Positions 8,214 to 17,082 of a DNA stretch of 64,000 nucleotides are shown here, one piece after another. Both the position numbers and the translations under genes were made by a program. Each line of letters starts with the position of its first letter. The stretch's first letter is position 1. The notes under the pieces were generated by a model that made no database searches, was not told the DNA's origin, and was given only the letters and a program-made list of their open reading frames with translations. The stretch comes from Bdellovibrionia bacterium (GTDB lineage: Bacteria > Bdellovibrionota > UBA1018). The stretch spans positions 106,617 through 170,616 of the forward strand of contig JBBARP010000001.1 in NCBI GenBank assembly GCA_040399745.1. The letters are read 5' to 3'.

Positions 8214-9025
8214 GCGGTTTCTTTCTGCGCAAGCGGGCGCTTTCGCAAGTCTTCCATCCGCGATGAAAACTCCTGAGCTCCCATCAAAAAGCGAGAAGTC
8301 GAATAGAGGCGCGAAATTTCTCTCAGGCGTTTCTCCATCGCCTTCAGAGTGCGTTTCTGTGCTCGATCGAGTTCCTGAAACTTGACGCCGATTCCGCGCG
8401 GATGAGTGACTCCGCCGGGAGTTCTCCAGACGACGACCCCTTTGGCTTCAACCGATCTTCCGAAAAGATCGAAGCTGACGCGGACGATTTCGTTCAACGC
8501 AGTTTCATGTCGCCATTTGATGAAGCATCCTGAGGCCGCAAGATCCCAGATCTCGCAGGGGCGAATCAGCGGTGAGTCGCCGTGAAGTTCGGTCAGTTGA
8601 CTGGGAACCATGAGCTTCAAGCGAGGGTTGGATTCCCACCACCGAATGCGGGGCAGGAAGTAGGGCACGCGAAGTTCACGCGTGATCCGGGCCAAAAAAC
8701 TCAGAACCAGCGCGACCGAAAGGCTGAAGGCCAGGCCGCGGTGGTGGCTCTCGCTGAAGTCCAAAGCCAGAATCGCGTTGAAGTAGATGGCCCACACGCT
8801 GACCGGCACCAAGGAGTACCAAGCCCAGCGGCGCATCTCCCAAAGTCCGTATCCCGTGGTCATGGCGGCAATGCACAGAAGCGCAAAGGCCGGGGAAAGC
8901 AGAAGGCGAAGCGCTGCCGAAATGGGGATGTCGAAGAGAACGGCCCCCGTCACCAGGTAAGTGACGGGAAAAGCCATGGTGACCAGAGCTAAGGTGCGGA
9001 GGGTTCGAGAGGAGTGGTGTTTCAA
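8210..9025 (-). CDS. Membrane protein with C-terminal PilZ domain
   Basis: About 4 TM helices, then PR....DLAASG.F, G.VVW, GIGVKF; TTG start. Confidence 0.75.
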   Translation of the reverse strand: MKHHSSRTLRTLALVTMAFPVTYLVTGAVLFDIPISAALRLLLSPAFALLCIAAMTTGYGLWEMRRWAWYSLVPVSVWAIYFNAILALDFSESHHRGLAFSLSVALVLSFLARITRELRVPYFLPRIRWWESNPRLKLMVPSQLTELHGDSPLIRPCEIWDLAASGCFIKWRHETALNEIVRVSFDLFGRSVEAKGVVVWRTPGGVTHPRGIGVKFQELDRAQKRTLKAMEKRLREISRLYSTSRFLMGAQEFSSRMEDLRKRPLAQKETA

Positions 9026-9069
9026 GCGCTGAGTCCGTCCGGTGAAGGTAGACTCAGATTATCAGAACC

Positions 9070-9507
9070 TTAGGGGTTCTGGGCCTGGAATTGCTCGGGC
9101 ACGGATTCGGTTCCGACCAGAGCTAAGAGCAGGTCCCCGAAAGCCAAGACTTTTTCCAGGCGGGTGATTTCGCGTCCACGGCGGTCACGGAAAATCAGGT
9201 CGTTCAGGTCACCGCCGTCCGACTCAGCCGAATCGGTGAGCTCGAGGGTGACAATGCCTTGGCTACTGGAAAAGCGGGCTTCTCTGCCCTGAACTTGAAG
9301 CTCGGCGCATTGGCTGCGAAGGGGCAGCTCTTCGCGGTTTCCTTGTGCATCGAATTGCACAGGTCGGAAAGTGCACTGAAGGGCCAATCCTTCGGCCTCG
9401 CGGAGTACCATTGCAGCATCTAACGGGGAGGTGCCGGCGTGGGCTGCCGTGGCGACCCAGTTCAAAGAAACCCCCAGTAGAATCCCCATCCATCCTTGAA
9501 TCTTCAT
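9070..9507 (-). CDS. Secreted hypothetical protein
   Basis: Signal peptide ending AHA; divergent from the LysR gene. Confidence 0.6.
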   Translation of the reverse strand: MKIQGWMGILLGVSLNWVATAAHAGTSPLDAAMVLREAEGLALQCTFRPVQFDAQGNREELPLRSQCAELQVQGREARFSSSQGIVTLELTDSAESDGGDLNDLIFRDRRGREITRLEKVLAFGDLLLALVGTESVPEQFQAQNP

Positions 9508-9571
9508 GGCTTAAATATGACGGAATGGAAGTATTTCCGAAACGAAGGTTTTCGACTATTACTATTCCCAA

Positions 9572-10441
9572 ATGGAAATTAACTCGCTTCGCATCATCCA
9601 AGCCCTCGTTGCGGATCCCAACCTCACTCGAGCTGCAGATCGCCTGCGTTTAACGCAGTCGGCGCTCTCCAAACGGGTGCACTCCATTGAAGAAGAGCTT
9701 GGCACGCTGCTTTTCGAACGTCGTGGCCCGCGCGGTCTGAAGCCGCTGCCTCAGGCCGTCGAATTCGCCAAGCTTGCCGATAAAGTGCTGAACACCTGGG
9801 ATACGGGTGTGCGCCGGATTCAGGACGTTTCGGGCGAGCCGGAACACTTTGTCCTGATCGGGCCGCAGTTGTTCCTGCGCGAAAAGGTTTTGCCCTGGTG
9901 GAACCAAGTGGCCGAGGACTTTCCCCAGCTTCTTTTGGAAGTGCGCGTTTCGGCGCTCGCCAAAGTGTCGCTTGATACGATTCATGCAGGTGCCGACGCC
10001 GGAATTCTCGAGCACCGGGAAGAACTCTCCGACTTTATCTGTAAGCCCATTTACACCGAACGTTGGGGGATTGTCCGTCACCCCAGCACTCAGCATTCGG
10101 ACCTGAGAAAATACAAGTGGGGTACGGTTGCGACCCACGAGAACCCGGTCGACCACTGGCTGGTGCGCCGTCAGAAAATGCCGCCACCGGCTTACCGGAT
10201 GTACTGGCAGGACCTGACGGCTCTGGGGGTTTGGGTTTCTGAAACTCCTGGGGCGGCCTCGGTCCTTCCTTGGCATGCGGTGGCCTGGCTCGTGAAGCGG
10301 AACAAGCTGGTTTTCGAGCCCTTGGGCTCGGATTCGACCACGACCCTTTACTTGGCCTATCAAAAGACCAGTCCCCATCGCCGCTTCCTTCGGGCTCTGG
10401 CTAATTTGAGTGAGAAGACCGCACCCTCGCCGGAAATTTGA
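9572..10441 (+). CDS. LysR family transcriptional regulator
   Basis: NLTRAADRLRLTQSALSKRVHSIEEELGTLLFER helix-turn-helix. Confidence 0.92.
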   Translation: MEINSLRIIQALVADPNLTRAADRLRLTQSALSKRVHSIEEELGTLLFERRGPRGLKPLPQAVEFAKLADKVLNTWDTGVRRIQDVSGEPEHFVLIGPQLFLREKVLPWWNQVAEDFPQLLLEVRVSALAKVSLDTIHAGADAGILEHREELSDFICKPIYTERWGIVRHPSTQHSDLRKYKWGTVATHENPVDHWLVRRQKMPPPAYRMYWQDLTALGVWVSETPGAASVLPWHAVAWLVKRNKLVFEPLGSDSTTTLYLAYQKTSPHRRFLRALANLSEKTAPSPEI

Positions 10442-10479
10442 AGGGCCCGAGTCCCGGTTTTGTTGTAAGGCCTTGGGCT

Positions 10480-12111
10480 ATGAGCACTTCCATTTTTCGA
10501 CTCTCTCAGCCCGTGAATGAGCCGGTTCGTGACTATGCCCCGGGGGACGCCTCGCGCGCGGCCCTGAAGGCGCGCCTCGAAACCATGGCTCGCGAGCGAG
10601 TGGAAATCCCGCTCGTGATTGGCGGAAAAGAAATTCGAACGGGCAAGACTCGAAAAGTGGTCATGCCGCATTCACACGGTGAAGTGTTGGCCGAGTTTCA
10701 TCTGGCGGGAGCTTCCGAGCTGAACGCTGCGGCCGACGCAGCCCAAAAGGCCAAAGCAGAATGGGAAGCTTTGCCGTGGGAACGTCGTGCCGCAATTTTT
10801 CTAAAAGCCGCCGATCTTTTGGCCGGCCCGTGGCGCTCGGAAATCAACGCAGCTACGATGCTCGGGCAATCCAAGAACGTGTACCAAGCCGAAATCGACG
10901 CAGCTTGCGAGTTCATCGATTTCCTTCGCTTCAATGCGTATTTCTACCAAGAAATCCTGTCGCAGCAGCCGCTCTCCTCGCCTGGGATTTCGAACTGCCT
11001 GGATTATCGCGCGCTGGAAGGGTTTGTTCTGGCCATCACGCCCTTTAACTTCACGGCCATTGCTGGAAACCTTCCGGCCGCGCCCGCGATGCTGGGCAAT
11101 ACGGTCGTTTGGAAACCATCCGACACGCAGATGCTCTCGGCTTGGAAAACCATGCAGCTTTTCCGCGAAGCAGGCCTTCCTGACGGCGTCATTAACCTGG
11201 TGGCAGCCGATGGACCGCTGACCAGTCAAGCGCTCCTGGGGCGCCAAGACTTGGCGGGCATTCACTTCACGGGCTCGACTCCCACGTTTCAGTCGCTGTG
11301 GAAAACGGTGGGCGAAAATATTTCCAAGTACCGCTCTTACCCGCGTCTGGTGGGCGAGACGGGCGGCAAGGACTTCGTTTTTGCGCATCCTTCGGCCGAC
11401 GCCGAGGCCTTGGCAGTCGGACTGGTTCGCGGAGCATTCGAATACCAAGGACAGAAGTGCTCGGCCGCTTCGCGCGCTTACATTCCCCGCAGCTTGTGGC
11501 CGAAAGTGAAGGAACGTGTTCTGGCAGATATCGCCACTTTGAAAATGGGCGATGTGCGCGACTTCCGGAATTTCGTGAACGCAGTGATTGACGAGCGTTC
11601 GTTCCAAAAAATCTCGGGCTACCTGGAGCAAGCACGCAGCGCTTCGGGAGTGGAAGTGCTGGCAGGCGGAAAAGCTCACGGAGAAAAAGGTTACTTCGTG
11701 GAACCCACCCTGCTTCAGGTGCAAGATCCGATGTACCGGACCATGCAGGAAGAAATCTTCGGCCCGGTATTGAGCGTGTACGTTTACGACGACGCCAAGA
11801 TCGACGAGACGTTGGCGATCTGTGATTCCACTTCGGCCTACGCTTTGACGGGCGCGATCTTCGCGCAAGATCGTTACGCTGTCGAAAAACTGATGGCGCG
11901 TTTACGAAACAGTGCGGGCAATTTCTACGTCAACGACAAGCCCACGGGTGCAGTCGTCGGGCAGCAGCCTTTTGGCGGTGGCCGCGCTTCGGGAACGAAC
12001 GATAAAGCGGGAAGTGGCTTGAATTTGCTGCGCTGGCTATCGCCTCGCGTCATCAAGGAAACCCGCGTTCCGCCGCGCGATTACCGCTACCCGTTTTTGG
12101 GCGCCGAGTAA
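10480..12111 (+). CDS. pruA: L-glutamate gamma-semialdehyde (P5C) dehydrogenase
   Basis: TPFNFTAI, FTGS, GETGGK, FEYQGQKCSA, NDKPTGAVVGQQPFGG; start taken at MSTSIF. Confidence 0.95.
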   Translation: MSTSIFRLSQPVNEPVRDYAPGDASRAALKARLETMARERVEIPLVIGGKEIRTGKTRKVVMPHSHGEVLAEFHLAGASELNAAADAAQKAKAEWEALPWERRAAIFLKAADLLAGPWRSEINAATMLGQSKNVYQAEIDAACEFIDFLRFNAYFYQEILSQQPLSSPGISNCLDYRALEGFVLAITPFNFTAIAGNLPAAPAMLGNTVVWKPSDTQMLSAWKTMQLFREAGLPDGVINLVAADGPLTSQALLGRQDLAGIHFTGSTPTFQSLWKTVGENISKYRSYPRLVGETGGKDFVFAHPSADAEALAVGLVRGAFEYQGQKCSAASRAYIPRSLWPKVKERVLADIATLKMGDVRDFRNFVNAVIDERSFQKISGYLEQARSASGVEVLAGGKAHGEKGYFVEPTLLQVQDPMYRTMQEEIFGPVLSVYVYDDAKIDETLAICDSTSAYALTGAIFAQDRYAVEKLMARLRNSAGNFYVNDKPTGAVVGQQPFGGGRASGTNDKAGSGLNLLRWLSPRVIKETRVPPRDYRYPFLGAE

Positions 12112-12192
12112 TCCGAACGAATTCGTTGACCGAAGCAAACGCCTTTGGCTTACTGTCCCCGAGTTGAAAAACACGGAAGGGGACTCAACACC

Positions 12193-12729
12193 ATGCTGAA
12201 GAAGGCGTTCTTTGCGGTTGCGGTGATTTGCGGATTTCAGGCCATCCAGGCTCAGGCCAGCGGGGTGGACCCGGTCAATGTTCGCGCGCTTTCGCGCCTG
12301 AATCAGATTCTCGATCGAAGCGCTTACTGGGGCGTGACTCCAGCAGGCCGTCCTTGCCAAATTCGCGTGATTCGCGAGTTCTCCTACGGTGGAAACCCGG
12401 TGGGGCACATGCGGGTGATTGGTCAGGAAGCTTTCGGAAACATCCTGAGTCCGTATCCGGTTTTCCACGATGCGGGTCAGTTTCAGTTGGGCGTTTTTGG
12501 TCCTGAGTTCAGCGCCAAAATTGAGAAAGACAATGCCGAGATGTTCCAGGTCTACGCTCAAGTGGGCCCGGTTCATCCTCAGCTTCCGGCCTACCCTCAG
12601 GGGACGACGCTTTTGACTCTGCGGTCAAACGGCCATGGCCAACTGGATTCGCTGACCCTGGAAGAGTCGGTGATGGATCCGGGAAGCGGCTTTAGTTGGA
12701 ATCGTCGCTTCCGCTGCGGTTCGAATTAA
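12193..12729 (+). CDS. Secreted hypothetical protein
   Basis: MLKKAFFAVAVICGFQAIQAQA signal peptide; followed by a terminator. Confidence 0.6.
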   Translation: MLKKAFFAVAVICGFQAIQAQASGVDPVNVRALSRLNQILDRSAYWGVTPAGRPCQIRVIREFSYGGNPVGHMRVIGQEAFGNILSPYPVFHDAGQFQLGVFGPEFSAKIEKDNAEMFQVYAQVGPVHPQLPAYPQGTTLLTLRSNGHGQLDSLTLEESVMDPGSGFSWNRRFRCGSN

Positions 12730-12764
12730 TCATCAGGTCGACGAAGCCGGTATTTCCAGTCTTT

Positions 12765-12800
12765 GGGGGTGAAGCTGAAAGGCTTTACCCCCTTTTTGTT
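12765..12800 (+). terminator. Intrinsic terminator
   Basis: GGGGGTGAAGC-TGAAAG-GCTTTACCCCC followed by TTTTTGTT. Confidence 0.7.
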
Positions 12801-12838
12801 GTCTCCGGTTCAACAAAGCTGCTATAGCGAAGGCCGCT

Positions 12839-13474
12839 TTGAGGTGGACCGTGCAGTACTTGTCTCATCGATTGATTGGGATCTTGGTTTTGACCGCGTG
12901 GGTTTTTGCATCGCCTTTGAGTGCTGGCGCAACCCCGGTGAATTGCCTGAATGAAGGCGATAACTACTGCGTAAGTAACGCCAGCGGTTGTTTTCATCGG
13001 GGATTGAAACGCGTTTTTATTCGCTGTGAAACCGAAGGCCTCCGTAAAGCGTTTGATGGCATTACTTGCAATCAGATCCCCAAAGCTCAGCCTGATGCGG
13101 ATTTATTGAACGCGCGCTGCGTGTTGAAGCACGAGTGTGATCACGCCGAAGTCTTCCAACAGGAGATGGGCCTAAATCTGTGCGCAGCCGAATTTTCGGC
13201 CTACCATCAGGGCGCCCGGTGCCTGCGTGAAACCCAAAAAGCTTACTGCCCGGACGGGATTCCAGCGTCGGATTGTAGTTCCCTTTCCGAAGAGGAGAAG
13301 GCCGATCGCTTGGTCATGGAGTTCCTGCGCTGCAAACAGCGCGGCGGATCGAAGACCCTTTGCGAAACTCAGTGCCGTTTGAGCGGCGCAAAGTTGTTTG
13401 GGAAGGTCAGGGCCCAAGGCTTCTGTGCGTCCATTTTTGAAGGCCTTGGAAACTGCGAGAACGAGAAGTTTTAA
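12839..13474 (+). CDS. Secreted Cys-rich protein with HExxH motif (putative zinc metallopeptidase)
   Basis: Signal peptide, 16 Cys, VLKHECDH...AEFSAY; start uncertain. Confidence 0.6.
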   Translation: MRWTVQYLSHRLIGILVLTAWVFASPLSAGATPVNCLNEGDNYCVSNASGCFHRGLKRVFIRCETEGLRKAFDGITCNQIPKAQPDADLLNARCVLKHECDHAEVFQQEMGLNLCAAEFSAYHQGARCLRETQKAYCPDGIPASDCSSLSEEEKADRLVMEFLRCKQRGGSKTLCETQCRLSGAKLFGKVRAQGFCASIFEGLGNCENEKF

Positions 13475-13576
13475 GGCTGGCTGTTGCTGCCGCTTTCGTT
13501 CAGCGCGCCGGGCAGTGACTGGCTGGGTCCGCCATCGTTAGCGTTTCTCCGAACCTGAAAACTTCGGAGAATTCAG

Positions 13577-14167
13577 ATGAACCCAGGGACTCGTCCTTTT
13601 GCTCTTAGCTTTTCTGCGCTTTTAATGTTGGCTTCTCAGTTTGCTTTCGCAGGCGATACGGCTGTGACGGCTTCAAACCGCGGCCCGGGCGGTGGCACGG
13701 GTGGCGGAACTGGCACCGGCTGCACTTACGCTTACTCGATTCAGAAAATCGGCCCGTCGCGCGTGAAGGCCGGGGAAGAGTTCAAGTACCACGTGTTCGT
13801 GAAGAACATCGGTACTTGCCGTTTGCGCCACATCGACATTTCGGATTGGCTCCCGCGTGGCTTCGATATGGAATCAAGCTACCCGAGCACTTCGAATTCC
13901 CCCGCCGTCAAAGACGATCGGAAGCTGACTTGGGAGCACGTGGAACTGGCCCCAGGTCGCGTCTTTGATATCTCGATCAAAGGACACGCTGACTCTCGGA
14001 ACCATCCCTACACGATGGTGAATACGGCCTGTGCTTATTCGTCACGTGTCGGCACTCGGATTTGCGATTCGGTTAGCACGTACGTGTACCCGGAACACGA
14101 CGCTGCAGCAGCAGAAGCAGCGGCCTTGGAAGAAGCTGAAGCCACTTCAGCTCCGTCTGCCGAGTAA
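13577..14167 (+). CDS. Secreted DUF11-like Ig-fold protein
   Basis: Signal peptide, Gly-rich linker, I.K.GP..V..GE...Y...V.N.G....I.D.LP.G, LTW....L.PG, N.A. Confidence 0.72.
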   Translation: MNPGTRPFALSFSALLMLASQFAFAGDTAVTASNRGPGGGTGGGTGTGCTYAYSIQKIGPSRVKAGEEFKYHVFVKNIGTCRLRHIDISDWLPRGFDMESSYPSTSNSPAVKDDRKLTWEHVELAPGRVFDISIKGHADSRNHPYTMVNTACAYSSRVGTRICDSVSTYVYPEHDAAAAEAAALEEAEATSAPSAE

Positions 14168-14265
14168 TCGAGCTCTGCATTTGAACGTCATTCACGTCCT
14201 TGCCTGGGGCACGGAAGCCGTTTGGGCAAGGGCGTGAGTGACGATTCAAAATCTTGGTTCGTATT

Positions 14266-15342
14266 TCAGCCCCGGAAGCGCGCTTTTCCTTGGCTCGCCA
14301 AAGTGAAGCCAGTGAGTTTGTAGAGGAGTCGCGCACCGACGTTGGCGTCCCACTCGTTTTTTCCTTCCGCATCGGGGGCCACTTCATTGAGATCAAACCC
14401 AATGATGGTACGGCCGCTTTTTGCCACCGCGCCGATCAAGTGAATGGCTTCGCGGAAGTCTAAGCCCCCTGCAACCGGAGTTCCTGTGTTTGGGCAGAAG
14501 CGGGGATCGAGGCCATCGATATCGAACGAGATCCACACTTTTTGCGGAAGTGCCGCCACAATGGCGTCAGTCGTCTTCGCCCAAGGCTCTCCCGAAAAAC
14601 GGCGCTGCGAGAGATCGGCGTCGAAGAACACTTTCACGCGGTCTCCTTGGGATTGGCAGTAATCCCATTCCTGCTCGCAGAAATCGCGGATGCCTACTTG
14701 CACCAGCTTTTTAATTCCTGGAATACGCTCCAGGGCGTTGTGCATGATCGAGGCGTGAGACCACTGAAACCCTTCGTAAGCAATTCGGGTATCCGAATGG
14801 GCGTCGAAGTGGAGAATTCCGAAGCCTTCAGGATTCTTCTCAGCCACGGCTTGGAAAGCGCCAAAAGGAACCGAGTGATCGCCTCCGACTAGGCCAGGGA
14901 TTTTTCCCGCATTCAGGACACTCAAAGTTTGTTCGCGGACCAGGTCGTTCACTTGGTTGCCAAGAGCATTCACTCGGTCGAGCGCCTTTTCCAGGTCGGG
15001 CTGCCCATCGATCACGCCCGCGACTTCAATGATTTTCTGAGCCAGCGCTTTGCCTTCTTCGTTCCAGGCGCGGAAGCGCGGGTCAGCTTCGCGCATAAAC
15101 AAACCACACTCATAGAATTTATCGACTTCGATATCGAAGAGGTCGACCTGTTTACTGGCTTCGAATATGGCGTCGGGGCCGTCAGAAGTTCCGCCCCCAT
15201 AGGAAGTGGTGGCTTCCCAGGCAATGGGCAAGTAGACCAACTGCGCCTGAGCTTCGGTGAAGGGGAGGCCAAAAACTCCGGAATCATCACTGGCGGCTGC
15301 ATTGGGGTCGAACTTCGGTGACTGGGTAGGGGCTTCTTTCAT
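14266..15342 (-). CDS. speB: Agmatinase/arginase family ureohydrolase
   Basis: GGDHS, HFDAHSD, SFDIDGLDP, TGTPVAGG; start taken at MKEAPT. Confidence 0.88.
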   Translation of the reverse strand: MKEAPTQSPKFDPNAAASDDSGVFGLPFTEAQAQLVYLPIAWEATTSYGGGTSDGPDAIFEASKQVDLFDIEVDKFYECGLFMREADPRFRAWNEEGKALAQKIIEVAGVIDGQPDLEKALDRVNALGNQVNDLVREQTLSVLNAGKIPGLVGGDHSVPFGAFQAVAEKNPEGFGILHFDAHSDTRIAYEGFQWSHASIMHNALERIPGIKKLVQVGIRDFCEQEWDYCQSQGDRVKVFFDADLSQRRFSGEPWAKTTDAIVAALPQKVWISFDIDGLDPRFCPNTGTPVAGGLDFREAIHLIGAVAKSGRTIIGFDLNEVAPDAEGKNEWDANVGARLLYKLTGFTLASQGKARFRG

Positions 15343-15415
15343 GGTTTCCGGGGTTTGCCCGTGAGAAGGGGCCTCTGTCAAGGAACCTCGGCAACGTGGT
15401 AGGAATGCTTTCATC

Positions 15416-15865
15416 ATGAGTGGAATTGACGTAGGTCGGCCGTCGACCTGGATCCCGTATCGCTCGGGCCTTTGCGAAGGCTGTTGGAGTGGTTGCTGCA
15501 CGCTCCCTGTAGAAGTGAGTGTGATGGATTTGGTGCGCTTAGGGGTCGCCACCGAGGACGAAGCGGCGGCAGGACTGAAGAAGCTGGCAAGGCGGCTTGA
15601 GAAAGACGGAGTCGTTCAGCATTTTAATTCCCGCTCTCAGATTTTCACTCTCGAACAGCGCCATGGGCGCGACTGCATTTACCTTCATCCCCAGACCCGC
15701 CTTTGTACGGTTTACGAAAAGCGCCCCGAAGTGTGCCGGAAATTTCCGAAAATTGGCCCAAGGCCTGGGTGGTGTCCGGCCAAACGAAAAGCAGGGGAAA
15801 AAGAGGTCAAAGCCCGCCCTGCTCGTGCCAAAGCTCGCCCTGCCGCAGCGAAGGGTCGGCCCTGA
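15416..15865 (+). CDS. YkgJ family cysteine-cluster protein
   Basis: CEGCWSGCC, C.YL, CTVYEKRPEVCRKFP. Confidence 0.88.
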   Translation: MSGIDVGRPSTWIPYRSGLCEGCWSGCCTLPVEVSVMDLVRLGVATEDEAAAGLKKLARRLEKDGVVQHFNSRSQIFTLEQRHGRDCIYLHPQTRLCTVYEKRPEVCRKFPKIGPRPGWCPAKRKAGEKEVKARPARAKARPAAAKGRP

Positions 15866-15942
15866 CACAGGCAGCGTCCGAGGCCATTCTGAAATATGCG
15901 CGGGCCCCTCAATTTTTAGGGAAAGAAAGCCGATCCGCTCGT

Positions 15943-16200
15943 ATGGACCGCGAAACCTTTCTGGAAGAAGTCCGCAAGCAATACGCCGAAAAAATCGTCT
16001 CCGCCTATATGGAGTGCGAGCACGGTCTTGATGGCCAAAAGCGCGTGAACTGGATTCAGGTGAATCAAAAGCTCACCAAGCTGATGAAGAACGCCCAAGT
16101 GGATGGTCTTCCGGCCAAGGACTTTATGGAACTGGTGAAAGCCGAGCTTCCCGATGCTTGGGAACACCTCGAGCCCACTTGGTTCCGCCCGGCGGCCTAA
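15943..16200 (+). CDS. Small hypothetical protein
   Basis: MDRETFLEEV... 85-aa helical ORF with typical codon usage filling the gap. Confidence 0.6.
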   Translation: MDRETFLEEVRKQYAEKIVSAYMECEHGLDGQKRVNWIQVNQKLTKLMKNAQVDGLPAKDFMELVKAELPDAWEHLEPTWFRPAA

Positions 16201-16216
16201 TCGAGCTTAGCCTCAA

Positions 16217-16975
16217 TTAACGGTCTGAATCATCGGGCCATTGGCTTCGGGGCACGCCCCAGGTGCCTAAAATTTCAGCCTCGTTCGAAGCGGAAGTCGT
16301 CTTCTTGAACTTGGCCCCGGGCACCCCTTTGACCCGGCGTTCGCATTCGGCCCAAGTTTTGTGGCGCTTGGCCGTGTTGCCGACCAGGCTCAGGTAGGAA
16401 TAAGCCGCAGGCTTGGGGGCTTGTTTTGGCTTAGGTGCCGGCAGCGCTCCGCCGTTTTCTGGCAAATCATAGATGGCCACCGAGTATTGAAGAAGGGGTC
16501 CTGAATAAAGGGCGGGCCTTTTTCCCAGGGCGAATTCGACGGCCAGTTCATCGGCGCGCTCGTTTCCGGGGACGCCTGAATGCCCGCGAACGTGGTTCCA
16601 GCTAATCGGGTTTTCTTTACCCCGTTTGGCGACTTCTCTGAAAAGCTCCTGCCAAAGGTCAGCGTTTTGAACGTCAGCGCCTTCTGCGGTTTTCCAGCCC
16701 CGGTTGCGCCATGCCCAGATCCACTGGGTGATTCCTTTGATGACGTAAACTGAATCGGTCCAAAGTGAGACAGGACCCGGTTCCTCGCGAACCAGGCGCA
16801 GGGCCTGAATCGTGGCCTGAAGCTCCATTTGGTTGTTGGTGGCGGGGACCTGTCGGCCCCCGATCTCGCGCACACGCCCGTCCAGCATGACGACAATGGC
16901 CCCCCAGCCGGCAGGGCCCGGGTTCCCGCGGCTGGCGCCGTCGGCGAAGATCAAAATGGATTGAAGCTCCGACAT
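16217..16975 (-). CDS. rnhA: Ribonuclease HI with C-terminal hybrid-binding (viroplasmin/Cauli_VI-like) domain
   Basis: DGASRGNPG, TNNQMEL, TDS.YV, HVRGHSG..GNERAD; C-terminal TWAECERRVKGVPGAKFKK. Confidence 0.9.
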   Translation of the reverse strand: MSELQSILIFADGASRGNPGPAGWGAIVVMLDGRVREIGGRQVPATNNQMELQATIQALRLVREEPGPVSLWTDSVYVIKGITQWIWAWRNRGWKTAEGADVQNADLWQELFREVAKRGKENPISWNHVRGHSGVPGNERADELAVEFALGKRPALYSGPLLQYSVAIYDLPENGGALPAPKPKQAPKPAAYSYLSLVGNTAKRHKTWAECERRVKGVPGAKFKKTTSASNEAEILGTWGVPRSQWPDDSDR

Positions 16976-17020
16976 GATTGGGCTGTAGTCATGGCACCAA
17001 ATCCCAGTCCTCGCAATTTT

Positions 17021-17049
17021 TTGACTTTTCCATGACACAGCCGTGACAG
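17021..17049. promoter_or_regulatory. Triple 11-bp-period direct repeat (Pho-box/OmpR-family-like site)
   Basis: TGACT at 17022, TGACA at 17033 and 17044; the minus strand reads CTGTCAC-GGCT-GTGTCAT-GGAA-AAGTCAA. Confidence 0.5.
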
Positions 17050-17082
17050 TCACAAGGGGCTCTCGGGGTAGTGTAAAGGGAT

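Noticed and set aside
10801..11868. 355-aa antisense ORF within pruA (similarly 40977-42023 in ileS and 27986-28693)
   Set aside because: Shadow ORFs expected from GC-rich codon bias; no motifs.
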